Shown piece by piece: positions 27,856 through 40,287 of a stretch of 64,000 bases of DNA. Below the pieces are notes generated by a model. The model was not told the origin of the DNA. It did not search any database and worked only from the letters and a program-made list of their open reading frames with translations. Position 1 is the first letter of the stretch, and every line of letters starts with the position of its first letter. The position numbers and the translations under genes are program-made. The stretch covers positions 66,092,001 to 66,156,000 of the forward strand of contig OX597826.1 of the NCBI GenBank assembly GCA_951406725.2. Reading direction: 5' to 3'. The DNA is from Octopus vulgaris. Lineage: Eukaryota.

Positions 27856-28745
27856 TATCGCCACACCACCACCATCACCATCATCATCATCACCATTAAC
27901 TCCAAACCACCACCACCACCATCACCGTCCTCCTCCTCCTCCTCCTCATCATCATCATCACCATTATCTCCAAACCACCACCACCACCACCACCATCACC
28001 GTCCTCCTCCTCCTCCTCCTCATCATCATCATCATCATTATCATCACCACTATTATCACCACCACCGCCGCTCTTACTATTACTATTAACACTAGCTCCA
28101 ATAAACGCTACATACAAACCACACTACTTTCACAAATACATCAACCACCAACACTACTGGTGTTTGCAGTAGCGGTGGTAGTGGTTGTGGTGATGGTGGT
28201 GGTGGTAGTGGTCGTGGTTGCGGAGGTAGTGGTTGCAGTAGAAGCAGTGGTGGTTATGGTGGTAGTGATATTGGTGGTAATTGCAGTGGTAATTGTAGTG
28301 GTAATGATGGTGGTGGTAGTAATAGTAGTAATGGTGGTTGTAGTGGTAGTGGAGGTAGGAGTAGTGGTATGGTGGTAGTGGTAGTGATAGTAGTGAAAAT
28401 GTCTGTGGTGGTGGTTACGGTAGGAATGGTAATAGTTGTGATTATAGCAGTAGTGGTAGTTCTGGTGGTTATCGTGGTATTTGCGGTTGTAGTGGTGTTG
28501 TATGTAGTAGCAGTGGTGGTAGTATTGGTGACAGAAGCGTTGATTATTGTCATAGTAGTGGTGGTTGTATTTTTTGTTAGTAGTAGTAGTTACTTATAGT
28601 AGTAATGGTGGCGGTGGTGGTGGGTGTGGTGGTGGTGGTGGTGGTGGTGGTAGTGGTGGTAGTGGTGGTAGCGGTGGTAGTAGTAGTGCTGGCATTTGCG
28701 GTAGTATTGGTAGTAGTTCTTGGTTTCAGTATCAATAATGATAAT
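27588..28745. repeat. Trinucleotide low-complexity tract, (CAC/CAT/CGT)n then (GGT/AGT)n
   Basis: Read directly from the sequence. Confidence 0.9.
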
Positions 28746-29009
28746 AATAATGGTTTCAAATTTTGCCACAAGAGCAGTCATTTTGAGGGAGGGGATGCGT
28801 CGATTACATCGACTCCAGTACGCAACTGGTACTTAATTTATCAACCCCCGAAAGGCTGAGAGGCAAAGTCGACCTCGGCGGAATTTTAACTCAGAACGTA
28901 AAGACAGGTGAGATTTCGTTTGGCGGGCTAACGATTCTGTCGACTCGCCGCCCTAATAATGATAACGATAATAATTATCATTTCTATTATTTGCCACAAG
29001 GGCTTGCCT

Positions 29010-30345
29010 AGAACAACACCGAATGACATGACACAAATATAAAAGACAACACAAGACGAGACAAAGGGTTTTCAGCGTGTAAACAATAAATAAGAAATAA
29101 AAATTAAACAAAATTAAACCCCCAATAGGTGAGGCGCTTTAAGGTTTTCGTGGGAAAATCCACAAAAGCCACGGGTGTCTGATTAACAGGACAAGAGCCC
29201 TTCATTTATTTCTCACAGGTGTACACTCAGAATGAGTCCTTTCACACTGGCCATTCTTCTAACATTCACCCACCTTTCAACAAACTTGCTACAAAGCAAC
29301 ACTTCCCTCTCCATCCTCAACTTCCTTTTCAAGTGAAACTTGAAAAAGTTGTTGAGGGCTTGGCCAAAGAGGAAAGTGTCTGACTTTAGCCCATTCAGAC
29401 GAGTCCACCATACTACCTCTTTCGCTACAGCCACCAGACAAATAAAAACTACCTGCCTCTCCTGGCCATAGGAGGGCGGCAGGGCAATCTTCACTGTGGA
29501 TTCAGCTGATAGTCTGATCCTTGGGGACAGCTGTCAAGTATTGATGGTTGACCCTATCAAAGGCTTTAGATTGATCTAAATTGATCAGAGCCCCATCCAT
29601 GCCAGCTTCGTTACCCACCCTCTCTATGATGTAGCGCGTAAAGTGGAGGTTGTCGTGAATAGTTCTGGTTGAGATGGCTTATGTTTGCGCCCCGCCAACC
29701 AGCTTGTCCATGACAAGCGCCAACCTCTTGGCTAACACCTTGGCCAAAATCTTCAACTCTGCATTGAGCAGAGTGATGCACCTGAAATTTTCTATAACGC
29801 CCCCTTGTTTGGATCCTTTCTCAGCAGTGCCACTACACCTCCACAGACAAAAGTGGGAATTCTCCCATTCTGCTGCCAGTTGCAGTAGACGTCTGCTAAG
29901 AGGCCCGCAAACAAGTCTGGCATCGAAATATAAAGCTCGTAGGGCAGACCATCAAAACCCGGCGATCTGTCTCTCGTGCAGCTTTTCATCACTTCCTGTA
30001 TCTCCGCGGGTGTTATCGGCCTTTCGCAGCACTCCGCCTCGCTCGCCGAGAGTCGTGGCAGGCCGTCCAGATACACACCGAAGTCTGCCCTGTTATCCAT
30101 CCTACCATTTGTCCTGAACAGTCGAGCAAAGTGCTGCTGAAAAGCCGCACACATCTGTTTTGGTTCGAACACCTTGCATCCATTCTGGTCCACCAAAGAC
30201 CAAATGGTGGCTTTATTGCCACTTTTCGCCTCCACCACGCGAGCCCATCGTGACGCCTTCGTTCCCGCCCTGCTTAGTGAACGTGCCTTTGTGTTTGGCG
30301 TCAAGGGCCAATCTCATCGCCAACACGTCGGTTGCGATGCCTGAC
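29010..30345 (-). mobile_element. Tx1/L1-clade LINE, 5'-truncated with internal RT deletion
   Basis: RSPGFDGLPYELY, ITLLNAELKILAKVLAKRL and LDQSKAFDRVNH, joined near 29530 directly to the C-terminal AKEVVWWTR region and 3' UTR. Confidence 0.85.
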
Positions 30346-30542
30346 CAATCCTTTCTACAATAAGCACAAGGCCTGAAATTTAGGTGGAGGGGTTAAGTCA
30401 ATGACATCAACTCTAGTACTCAATTGGTACTTAATTATCGATCCCGAAAGAATGAAAGGAACTTGAACTCAGAATGTAGCGATGGGCGAAATATCACTAA
30501 GTGTTTTGTTCAGCACGCAAACGATTCTGCCAGCTCGCCGCC

Positions 30543-30587
<45 letters not shown>

Positions 30588-31070
30588 GCAGCAAATATTC
30601 TGCTCAATACCACAGATTTGCTTGTCAGTTGTTTGACCTTAACCAGTTGAGCATGTCCCTTAGTGGCTGACGATATGTGCATCTCTGATCACGAGCAGAA
30701 GTAGTGGGGGAGCATCATAGCTATGTATTGAGAGGGATTCTTTGGGGTTTGAATGATTCACCTCTGGAAACATGGGTGGTTCTTTCAACATCCTTAAACA
30801 ACCCTTATTCAGGGACCTTTTGAGCGGGATGGGCTACTCAACCTGAAGAAAATTCTAACTGGGCCCCACCTGCAAGGTCATGTGCTGTTTATCTTGATAT
30901 GAGATCACCATGTCGCGCACATATGGTTGTGATGCATGTGCCTGGTGTACCTTTATCAGACGGGTAGTCATGATGGGTATATTGGGCTTCGTATATTTTA
31001 CCCCAGTGTCACTTTGATGGCATGCACTGCTCTCTCACTCAATAATAATAATAATAATAATAATAATAAT
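30588..31070 (+). mobile_element. 5'-truncated retroelement 3' end with (AAT)n tail (family D)
   Basis: Near-identical to 42702-43170; a short copy lies at 26524-26572; embedded in (AAT)n. Confidence 0.8.
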
Positions 31071-31340
31071 TTAAGGCGGCGAGCAGGCAGAATCGTTAAG
31101 CACGCCGGGCGAAATGTTTAGCGGTATTTCATCTGCCATTACGTTCTGAGTTCAAAATCCACCGAAACGTTGTGTTAACTACAAACAAGATAAGGACAGA
31201 TATCTGTCAATTGTAAATAGTGTAAATAATGTAAATAATTCCTCATCTCTTAAATAATGAATCATTCTATCGATTTTTTTTTCCCGAACCACTAAGTTAC
31301 GGGGATGTAAACTCACCAACACCGATAGTCAAGCGGTAGT

Positions 31341-31376
<36 letters not shown>

Positions 31377-33261
31377 CACGCACGACCACACGCGCACGCA
31401 CACACGTAAACACGCGCGCGCGCACATACATATATATTATATATACGACAGGCTTCTTTCAGTTTCCGTTTGCCAAATCCACTCACAAGGTTTTGGTCGG
31501 TCCGAGGTTATAGTAGAAACAATTTCCCAAGGTACAACACACTGGGACTGAACCTGGAATCATGTGGTTGGGAAGTCACATAGCCACGTCTGCGCCTATA
31601 ACTTCGTTAGAAATCTTTGAATGGTTAATCCACTCCCAACCCTCTCCAAACCTCATGAATCCAGTCCTCTCTATACAAGAACCGAACACAGTGAATACAA
31701 GATAGATTGTACTACAACACCTTTCCACGCGCTTTATCGGCATTAGCAAAGCTTCCAGTTCTATTTCTCGCTGTTCACGCCATCTTAAACAGCAAAAATC
31801 GCTGTCAAACAAACTACTATCAAGCTGCTAAGCCTATGTATGAAGCAGGGCTGTGGAGTCGAAGCAAAAAACTGATGCATTTTGGAGCAGCAAGTAAGGA
31901 CCCACTTTCCTCCACCATGCCATGGGTGAACTTCTACTTAACAAAGGGTTTCTATTTTGTCTCATCCCTGTATTTCTGTCAGAGTCGATCCTAAGGTTGA
32001 TAATTTCCTGACAAGCCGAAATTTTGCGTCCTTAAATGTATAACTTTAAAATGTTTTAACAAGGAGTAAAAACTGCAAATGCAGAAATAAAGTGTTTATT
32101 ACAATTTATGAAATGTAAGAATAAAATATATTTCGTTTATAATTTTTTTAATGCAGCAGCAAACTCAGACATACTAATGGCATCTAAATTAACCATATTA
32201 AGAAACCCTTATTACTCTTGTAATAAAAAATGATCCCAAACTTATGTAACCTCTTCAATCACATGCCACCAATCGGGGCGACTGCTTGAGTTGCCGGTGC
32301 TTTCGGATGGTGCTGATTTCTGATTGGTGCATTCCAGAAAATAACAATTCCCAGGATCTGTAAATATTGTTAGGACATTCTCCAATGCAGCTTGTATATC
32401 TTGAGCCGTTTTATGCACGTCTGCCACGAAGAAGAAGAAGAAGAAGAAGAAGAAGAAGAAGAAGAAGAAGAAGAAGAAGAAGAAGAAGAAGAAGAGAATG
32501 GTGGGAACGAGGACGAGGAGGGGGAGGGAACTGAAGAATTCAGGATAGTTTTGTCCTTTGACAATATGAGAATCTATGTTGAATATCGCGCGCACACACA
32601 TACACTACGAAGAAATTCAGTTTGTTTAAAAGATGTCTCCTGAAAAGTCAGATGTAGAGTAAGACATTGAAACAAAGACGCGTGAACGTGTGTATGTATG
32701 TATACGTGTATGTATGCATCTAAAAGATGCAACTGAGGCAATATTTAACTAAAATAGCAATCTGTGCATCATACTTATTGTATACACATTATCGTTAGGC
32801 CATGTTACTGCAGTATTTTTTCTAAGATAAAGCCTGTTATGGACGAGATGTGTTAAAAACGCAATAAATATTAGAGAGACCAAAAAGTCGTTCCAACAGC
32901 AGCCGGTAACAACGCCAGATGTATTTCTACCTGTTTGAACCTTTAACCCAGCAAATGCACAAGGCCAGCAATTTCAGGATGAACGGTTGTTAAAGTCGAT
33001 CAATTGCTACATATTTTATCGATCTTGAAATGATGAAAGGTAAAGTCGACCGCGATGGAACTTGAATTCTGAACGTAAGGATAGTCGAAATGAGAGAACG
33101 GATAAGAGAGGGGGGGGACGAGAGAAGGAGATAAAAAGAATTAGAGAAAGGAAGAAAGAAAACGAAAGAGTAATAGAATAGAATAGAAGTGTCGCATCAG
33201 AATTATCAAGATAAAACTTACTTGGAAATGGATGCGTGACATTCAATCATATAATAATATG

Positions 33262-33299
<38 letters not shown>

Positions 33300-33507
33300 T
33301 CTTTTACTTGTTTTAGTCATTTGACAGCGGCCATGCTGGAGCACTGCCTTTAATCGAGCAACTCGACCCCGGGACTTATTCTTTTGTAAGCCCAGTACTT
33401 ATTTTATCGGTCTCTTTTGCCGAACCGCTATACATACATACATATATATATATATACACACACATACATATATATATACACACATACATATATATATATA
33501 TATATAC

Positions 33508-33538
<31 letters not shown>

Positions 33539-33626
33539 CACATACATACATATATATATACATATATATATATATATATGTGTGTATGTTAGTGTATCTC
33601 TCAAGTTAGTGTATGTATCTATCTCT

Positions 33627-33669
<43 letters not shown>

Positions 33670-34970
33670 CATACATACATATTGAGAGATAGATACACAC
33701 ACACTAACTTTTACAAAGAAAAAGTAGACAGTGATTTCTTGGAAGTTTCATCTTGGTAGCTTCATCGAAAAGGGAGTGCAATAGAACGGAAACAAAGACG
33801 TTAAAATAAAGGAAGTTTAAGAAAATAGAATGAAGTGAAAAAATAACCCTGGGAAATTAAAGCTGTCGGTGAGAAGATTTTGTAAAAATTATGTGAAGAA
33901 AAATATACAGCAAGAAATAAATAAATTAAGAATAGAAGTTGTAAAAAATAATGTGACCGGCGGTAAAACTTAAGACAAAAGTAAACTTAATGTAACAGCA
34001 GATCTGAGGCAGACATATTTGCTTTGTAGCAGACGACATCAGAAACAAACTGATTTGCTTGTAGCAGACGATGTCCAAGATGGCAATATTCAACATAGAT
34101 TCTTATAATTTCAACGGATACAACTATCCTATATTTCTCTATAATTCATCGGTTCTCTCCATTTTCCCCCTTTAGAAAAAAAAAATCAAGTTCAAAATAT
34201 CGACATCTATCGCCGTCTGTCCCTTTTTTTCAACCTCTTTTCTCTTTTATTTGTTTCAGTCATTTGACTGCGGCCATGCCGGAGCACCGCCTTTAGTCGA
34301 GCAAATCGATCCCAGGACTTATTCTTTGTAAGCCTAGTACTTATTCTATCGGTGTCTTTTGCCGAACCGCTAGGTAACGGGGACGTAAACACGCCAGCAT
34401 CGGTTGTCAAGCGATATTGGGGGGACAAATAGACACACAAACACATATATATAGCTACATATACATATATATGACGGGCTTCTTTCAGTTTCCGTCTACC
34501 AAATCCACTCACAAAGCTTTGGTCGGCCCGAGGCTATAGTAGAAGACACTTGCCCAAGTTGCCACGCAGTGAGACTGAACCCGGAACCATGTGGTTGGTA
34601 AGCAAGCTACTTACCACACAGCCACTGTATTACTTTCGAGGAACCATTTTTACTTAATCTAAATGAAAATCGTCCTAGAATGATCAAAGAAATGTTAAGC
34701 TTTCATCCGCAAGTCAAACTATTTACGATGAGCGAATGACAACAAAACTATAACCTTGATATGTAACACTGGTGGTCGATCGCAGTAACACTGAACAGAA
34801 AAAAATTATAGCCAAAAAATACGAGTTTTATTTTCCGTATGGCAATTCTGTTGACCAAAACACAATCAACTTAACAGCTGATCTGAAAGGAGATAAAATT
34901 GAAATATGGTGTATATATATATATATATATACCATATTTCAATTTTATCTCCTTTCAGATCAACTGTTAA

Positions 34971-35009
<39 letters not shown>

Positions 35010-35367
35010 CGATGTTTGTGTGTGATAAATTTATGGTTTCATATGTTATTGCAGTATACTGTCACTTCATTGTATTTACAAGCAGAGAATAATATATTTC
35101 TCCCTACGAAACCACTTCAAAATATCTTTCAATAACTGTATAAAGTAACATAATAAAAAGCTTTTCTTCTACAAAATCTAACTTGTAAAATAGGAGTGGA
35201 TCTTATTCGCCGGCAAATACAATGTATGTGTGTGTGTGAATTTTTCTATATGTGTGTCACTAGTGTATTGATTCGGTTGAATAGATGTTGATGAAAAAAA
35301 AAAAAACACAAAATACAAAAAATCTGTTGATATTTTAAATACTAAAATATTTTTATCGTTAACAAAG

Positions 35368-35968
35368 AGGTAAAATTTTATATTGACACCTGCACGATTT
35401 TCACTAAGAAAAAAAAAACCTCTGATTTTTTTTTTTTGCGTGGAATCAATTACCTTGACCTAATATGCTGCAAATCCTTTATTTTGGTTCGGAAAAGAGT
35501 AGGGGGCGAAGGGGTGGGGGTGGGGACCCCGCCCATTCCGGAATAATTAGAAATTTTTTTTTTTTTACGTTTAATGAATTCCTGTGACTTCCTAATATGC
35601 TACAGAAACCTTTGTGGGGTCCGGAAAACGGGGTGGGGAGAGGTGGAAGCCTCGGAATATATCTTAATTGTTGTGTGAGAAAGTATATATATTCTGATGA
35701 TAAAATATAGCATCTTTCAAAAACATCCTAAATTTAAAGACTATATCTTGTGTGTTTAAGAAAAAAAATATATTTTACAGAAATAAATTTTCCAGAGTTA
35801 CACGGGTCATTATTAAATGTATCCTCCCTCGCCCCACCTTTTTTTCTGAAACAAAATAAGGGATTTGCAGCATATTAGGTCAGGGTACTTGATTCCATGC
35901 ATAAAATCCGAGTTTAAAAATTTTTTTCTTAGCGAAAATTGTGCAGGTGTTAATATAAAAATTTACCT
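35368..35968. mobile_element. MITE/foldback element with ~130-bp imperfect TIRs
   Basis: AGGTAAAATTTTATATTGACACCTGCAC...GACCTAATATGCTGCAAATCC is inverted at ~35840-35968; no TSD recognised. Confidence 0.75.
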
Positions 35969-36639
35969 GAGATGGTGCCAGATCAGGTTAGGACAATAGG
36001 ACAATAGGATCAGTTTAGGACAATAGTAGTCGTGTAATTCTAGCAACTCAGTGGCTTTGCTGTGTCATCGTCTATTGGTCTTGATGTACTGTCACAGTGC
36101 TTGCAGTTGACCACCACTACTGTCCTATGGACTCTGCTGGTTAATAGGTAAAATGCACAAAACATACAGCTAATGTTATCAGAAAAAGCATGCCAAAGAT
36201 AAAATTGTTTAATCAGATCCAGTTTTACCAAATAACCGAGTGGTCTTGTTTCTATATCATGAACTATTTCGTCCAATGTATCCTTCATATTTGAGACACT
36301 AGGGTGTGATGAGGGAATCTGACTGCTAATTCTTACAAGCTGAATGACCACGTAGAAGTTAATTTTTTTTACCTCTGTTAGTGACGCACATTTTCTAGAT
36401 ATTGGAGGAAACAGAGTTCTTCATCTCTGTAAATAGCAAGCAGGAAGAAATATGGCCAGTGCATAGAATCATCTAACCCCTGAACCCTCTCAGATGGGTT
36501 AGAGATCAGGGGAGTACATTGTGACAGGTGTATTTAGCGCAGAACCAGTAATTAGAAATTCAAGGAAGAGACCTGAAAGCTTTTTTCAGGGCCCTTGGAG
36601 TCAACTGACTTGAAATACCAGCCAGGCTAAGCTTTGAAC

Positions 36640-37200
36640 AAAGAAGTTTAGCCTTAGGTGTTATTGTAAGTTTGAAAATGCAGTTGAAGCGCAAATACAA
36701 TTTTTGAGGGAGTTTCACACAAATCCACTTGCTTGACTTAGCATCATTTGAATTAGGGATCAGTTTAAAGCAAACAGAACTGTTCAGAAATGTCCGCAAA
36801 ATATACTCCCAAAGACTGCAGTTATTGACGTACCCCACAGAATGAGAAAAGGTTCTAAACCCATATTGCCAGGGCTCAAGAAAATCTGTGCAGTAAGCAA
36901 ATTATGAGATGGGAAGTTTAAAGTCCATCGCATTTTGAGGCATTATCACTGGAAAAATTATGTTCCAAGAACAGTCTATTATTTCAACGATGATCTGATG
37001 AACATCCTGTTAATTTTCCATGAGTTTGATTATGGTGCAGCTTATCATTAAAAGGATTGGACCATTCTTTTTTTGATCCTACTGTGACAGGCCCCGTTTA
37101 CTTGAACTTGCTGCGACAATATCACGCCAAGCATTTAAGAGAACTTTGAAGATGTAAAGTTTATAACCAGCAAGATGGGACACTACCACACTATCATAGT
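36640..37200 (+). mobile_element. Second decayed copy of the Tc1-like family at 9690-10625
   Basis: 36716-36910 aligns to 9755-9925 (e.g. TTGCCAGGRCTCAAGAAAAT.TGT). Confidence 0.6.
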
Positions 37201-37335
37201 AATGTAAGGACTGACTTTGATAAACAGGTGTATTTGGCAAAATATTTCAATAAAATATCCTGTGTTCACCTGACCTGAAACTATTACACTTTTTTTTTAT
37301 GAAGATACTTAAAAGATAAAGTTTACAGTACTTAT

Positions 37336-38335
37336 AGGCGCAGGAGTGGCTGTGTGGTAAGTAGCTTGCTTACGAACCACATGGTTCCAAGTTCATTCCC
37401 ACTGCGTGGCACCTTGGGCAAGTGTCTTCTACTATAGCCTCGGGCCGACCAAAGCCTTGTGAGTGGATTTGGCAGACGGAAACTGAAAGAAGCCTGTCGT
37501 ATATATGTGTATTCGTGTTTGTCCCCACATCATTTGACAACCGATGCTGGCGTGTTTACGACCCCGAAACTTAGCGGTTTGGCAAAAAGGACCAATAGAA
37601 TAAGTACTAGGCTTACAAAGAATAAGTCCTGGGGTCGATTTGCTCGACTAAAGGTGGTACTCCAGCATGGCCACAGTCAAATGACTGAACGAAGTAAAAG
37701 AGTACAAAAACAGCAATAGTTGACAAATTGGGGGCAGCTATTGAATAAGAATGTCCACAAATACTGAACGAAATGTTTCTTGATGTTTGCAATTCTTATG
37801 TTTCCTCTAACTAGTAGTACCTGGTCCAGAATGGTCATCAGTTTGAAAACAGGTAATTATAAAGGTAAAATTAAACTCTGTAGATTTCTATTAAATTTTG
37901 AAAATGATATGGATTTTGACAAATATCACCAACTTTATAATCATCCAAAATATATACTCTTTTACTTGTTTCAGTCATTTGACTGTGGCCATGCTGCAGC
38001 ACTGCCTTTAGTTGAACAAATCGACCCCAGGACTTATTCTTTGTAAGCCTAGTACTTGTTCTATTAGTCTCTTTTGCCAAACCGCTAAGTTACAGGGATG
38101 TAAACACACCAGGATCGGTTGTCAGGCGATGTTGGGGGGAAAAATACAGACACACAAACATACATATATATGACTGGCTTCTTTCAGTTTCTGTCAACCA
38201 AATCCACTCGCAAGGCTTTGGTCGGCCCGAGGCTATAGTAGAAGACACTTGCCCAAGGTGCCATGCAGTGGGACTGAAATCGGAACCATGTGGTTCATAA
38301 GCAAGCTACTTACCACACAGCCACTCCTATGCCTA
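37336..38335. mobile_element. Two SINE-A copies in inverted (tail-to-tail) orientation: 37336-37701(+) and 37956-38335(-)
   Basis: Both match the 19195 copy, with CpG-to-TpG decay. Confidence 0.88.
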
Positions 38336-40204
38336 TATGTACATTTTTTTAAGCACACCCTGTATATGTATCAAAAGCAAAGAATGTGTTTGCAGAGTAT
38401 TTTCACAGCCAGGCTTCCTAATGTTAACATTTCAGTCTTGATTCATACTGTTGTGCATAAAACACAGACATGTACATGCATAAATATTGAGTTCTTTCCC
38501 AGCTTTCGAAATATCTTATATATCACAAAATATGTGACATTAGAACTAAGCTGAAAAGGAAACAATGGAAATAGAAATACCATAAGCACAATTGTGTTTT
38601 GTTTCAGTGTGTATGAGAGCAAAGGCATAAGACAGAGACAGAAAGCATACAAACTTAAAACCAGTTCAAATATGTTTGAGAGATATTATAACCTGTAAAA
38701 ACATTTTACTGCAGTTTGTTGTGGAGAACAAAACATTAAAACACCATTGTCAGCTCACAACAAACTGTAGTGAAAAGCCTTTACAGGTTCAAACATCACT
38801 TTATACTTTCTATCACAGTCTCATGCATCTGCTCACATATTTGTTCCAGCCTGGTGGCTTACGCATGCAATCAGTAAATAATATTCACTGATTTATGGAT
38901 ATAGGAAGCATTACTTCATAATCAGCTGAGTTGCCTCCCTTGGTATCTGGAGCTGAAGAGAACAAAAGAGTTAGAAATGTATCCATGAGTCCAACAGGGA
39001 GTGCTCTGAGTTGACTATGTTGTTTGAACATCTTTTTGTCTTAAGCCAGCTTTTCTCCTTGACAAGCTGTAGTGAAAGGCCTTTATAGGGTCAAATAACT
39101 CTCAAACAAATGTGATCAGGTCTTACATGTACATGAGCATGCATATATATATATATATATGATTGGTTGGTAGCCACAACACACATTTTTTTTCTCTCCT
39201 TGCTTCTTTCTGTGGAAGAGCATAGGCTTGAAATGTTAAAGACTTTTTCAATTCCCGAGCGTTATACTAATACATCTGTTTGTTTTCTACACCACCTGTC
39301 TTCATCTGGTGCTGCTTTTCTCACAGATGGTGCCTAACTGACCCTACTGTACTGTGTAGTTGACAAAATCAAAAACAAACAATGCACATGCGTAAAATTA
39401 CAAATATAAAATGATGACAATTTACCCATCGCACCCTGCGTGTGTGTATATATATATTTAAAGCATTATTCACTTGTGGTGGGGAGGTTGTCTCCCCTGT
39501 CAGTAAATATAAAATGTGCCTCTGTGGCTAAAGTGCTTTGACTCTTATTTCTAGTAATACCGGTGCTCCCTGCACCCTTTGTCACTTTTTAGTGATGGGG
39601 AATTGTTTCCTTTTTTGCTATTGAAATGCATCTAGCCACTTAACCCATGCTAGCATGGAAAATGGATGTTAAACGATGATGATGATGATCATCATCATCA
39701 TCGTTTAACGTCCGCTTTCCATGCTAGCATGGGTTGGACGGTTCAACTGGGGTCTGGCAAGCCCGAAGGCTGCACCAGGCCAGTCAGATCTGACAGTGTT
39801 TCTACAGCTGGATGCCCTTCCTAACGCCAACCACTCCGAGAGTGTAGTGGGTGATTTTATGTGCCACCGATGATTAATTAATTTAATTTAATGTATATAG
39901 ATAAAATTATAGTATTTAGTTTTCACTTAATGTATATTTTGTATTTTATATATATATATATTTATTTGTTTTAAATATTTTAATTAATTGTATTTTATTT
40001 CCTAATAATAATGAGATATTATAGTTTATTATTCTTTTCTTATATATGTTAAAATTTTATTTTTATAGATATAATAAATATTTATACCTTTTTATTCTAT
40101 TTTTTTATTTACACAAGAATACATTTAAAATATTTCATACTTTACAAGATTATATACATATATTTATTAATTTATCGTATTAATTATTTTATTGTTTTTA
40201 TCTT

Positions 40205-40287
40205 TAACCTGAAGAGTGACTATATTTATACTGAAGTAATTTTACTATTATCATTTCTTAAATATAGCCATGAAACACGTGTAGTTA
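40205..40287 (+). ncRNA. Minimal type-I hammerhead ribozyme motif (Penelope-associated type)
   Basis: Stem I TAAC(40205-08)/GTTA(40284-87); core CTGAAGA 40209-15; stem II GTGACTATATTTA/TAAATATAGCCAT (12 of 13 paired); GAAAC-ACGT-GTA with palindromic loop; predicted cut after A40283. Confidence 0.8.

Noticed and set aside
35502-35525. Four G-tracts (G-quadruplex motif)
   Set aside because: Lies inside a MITE; no independent evidence of function
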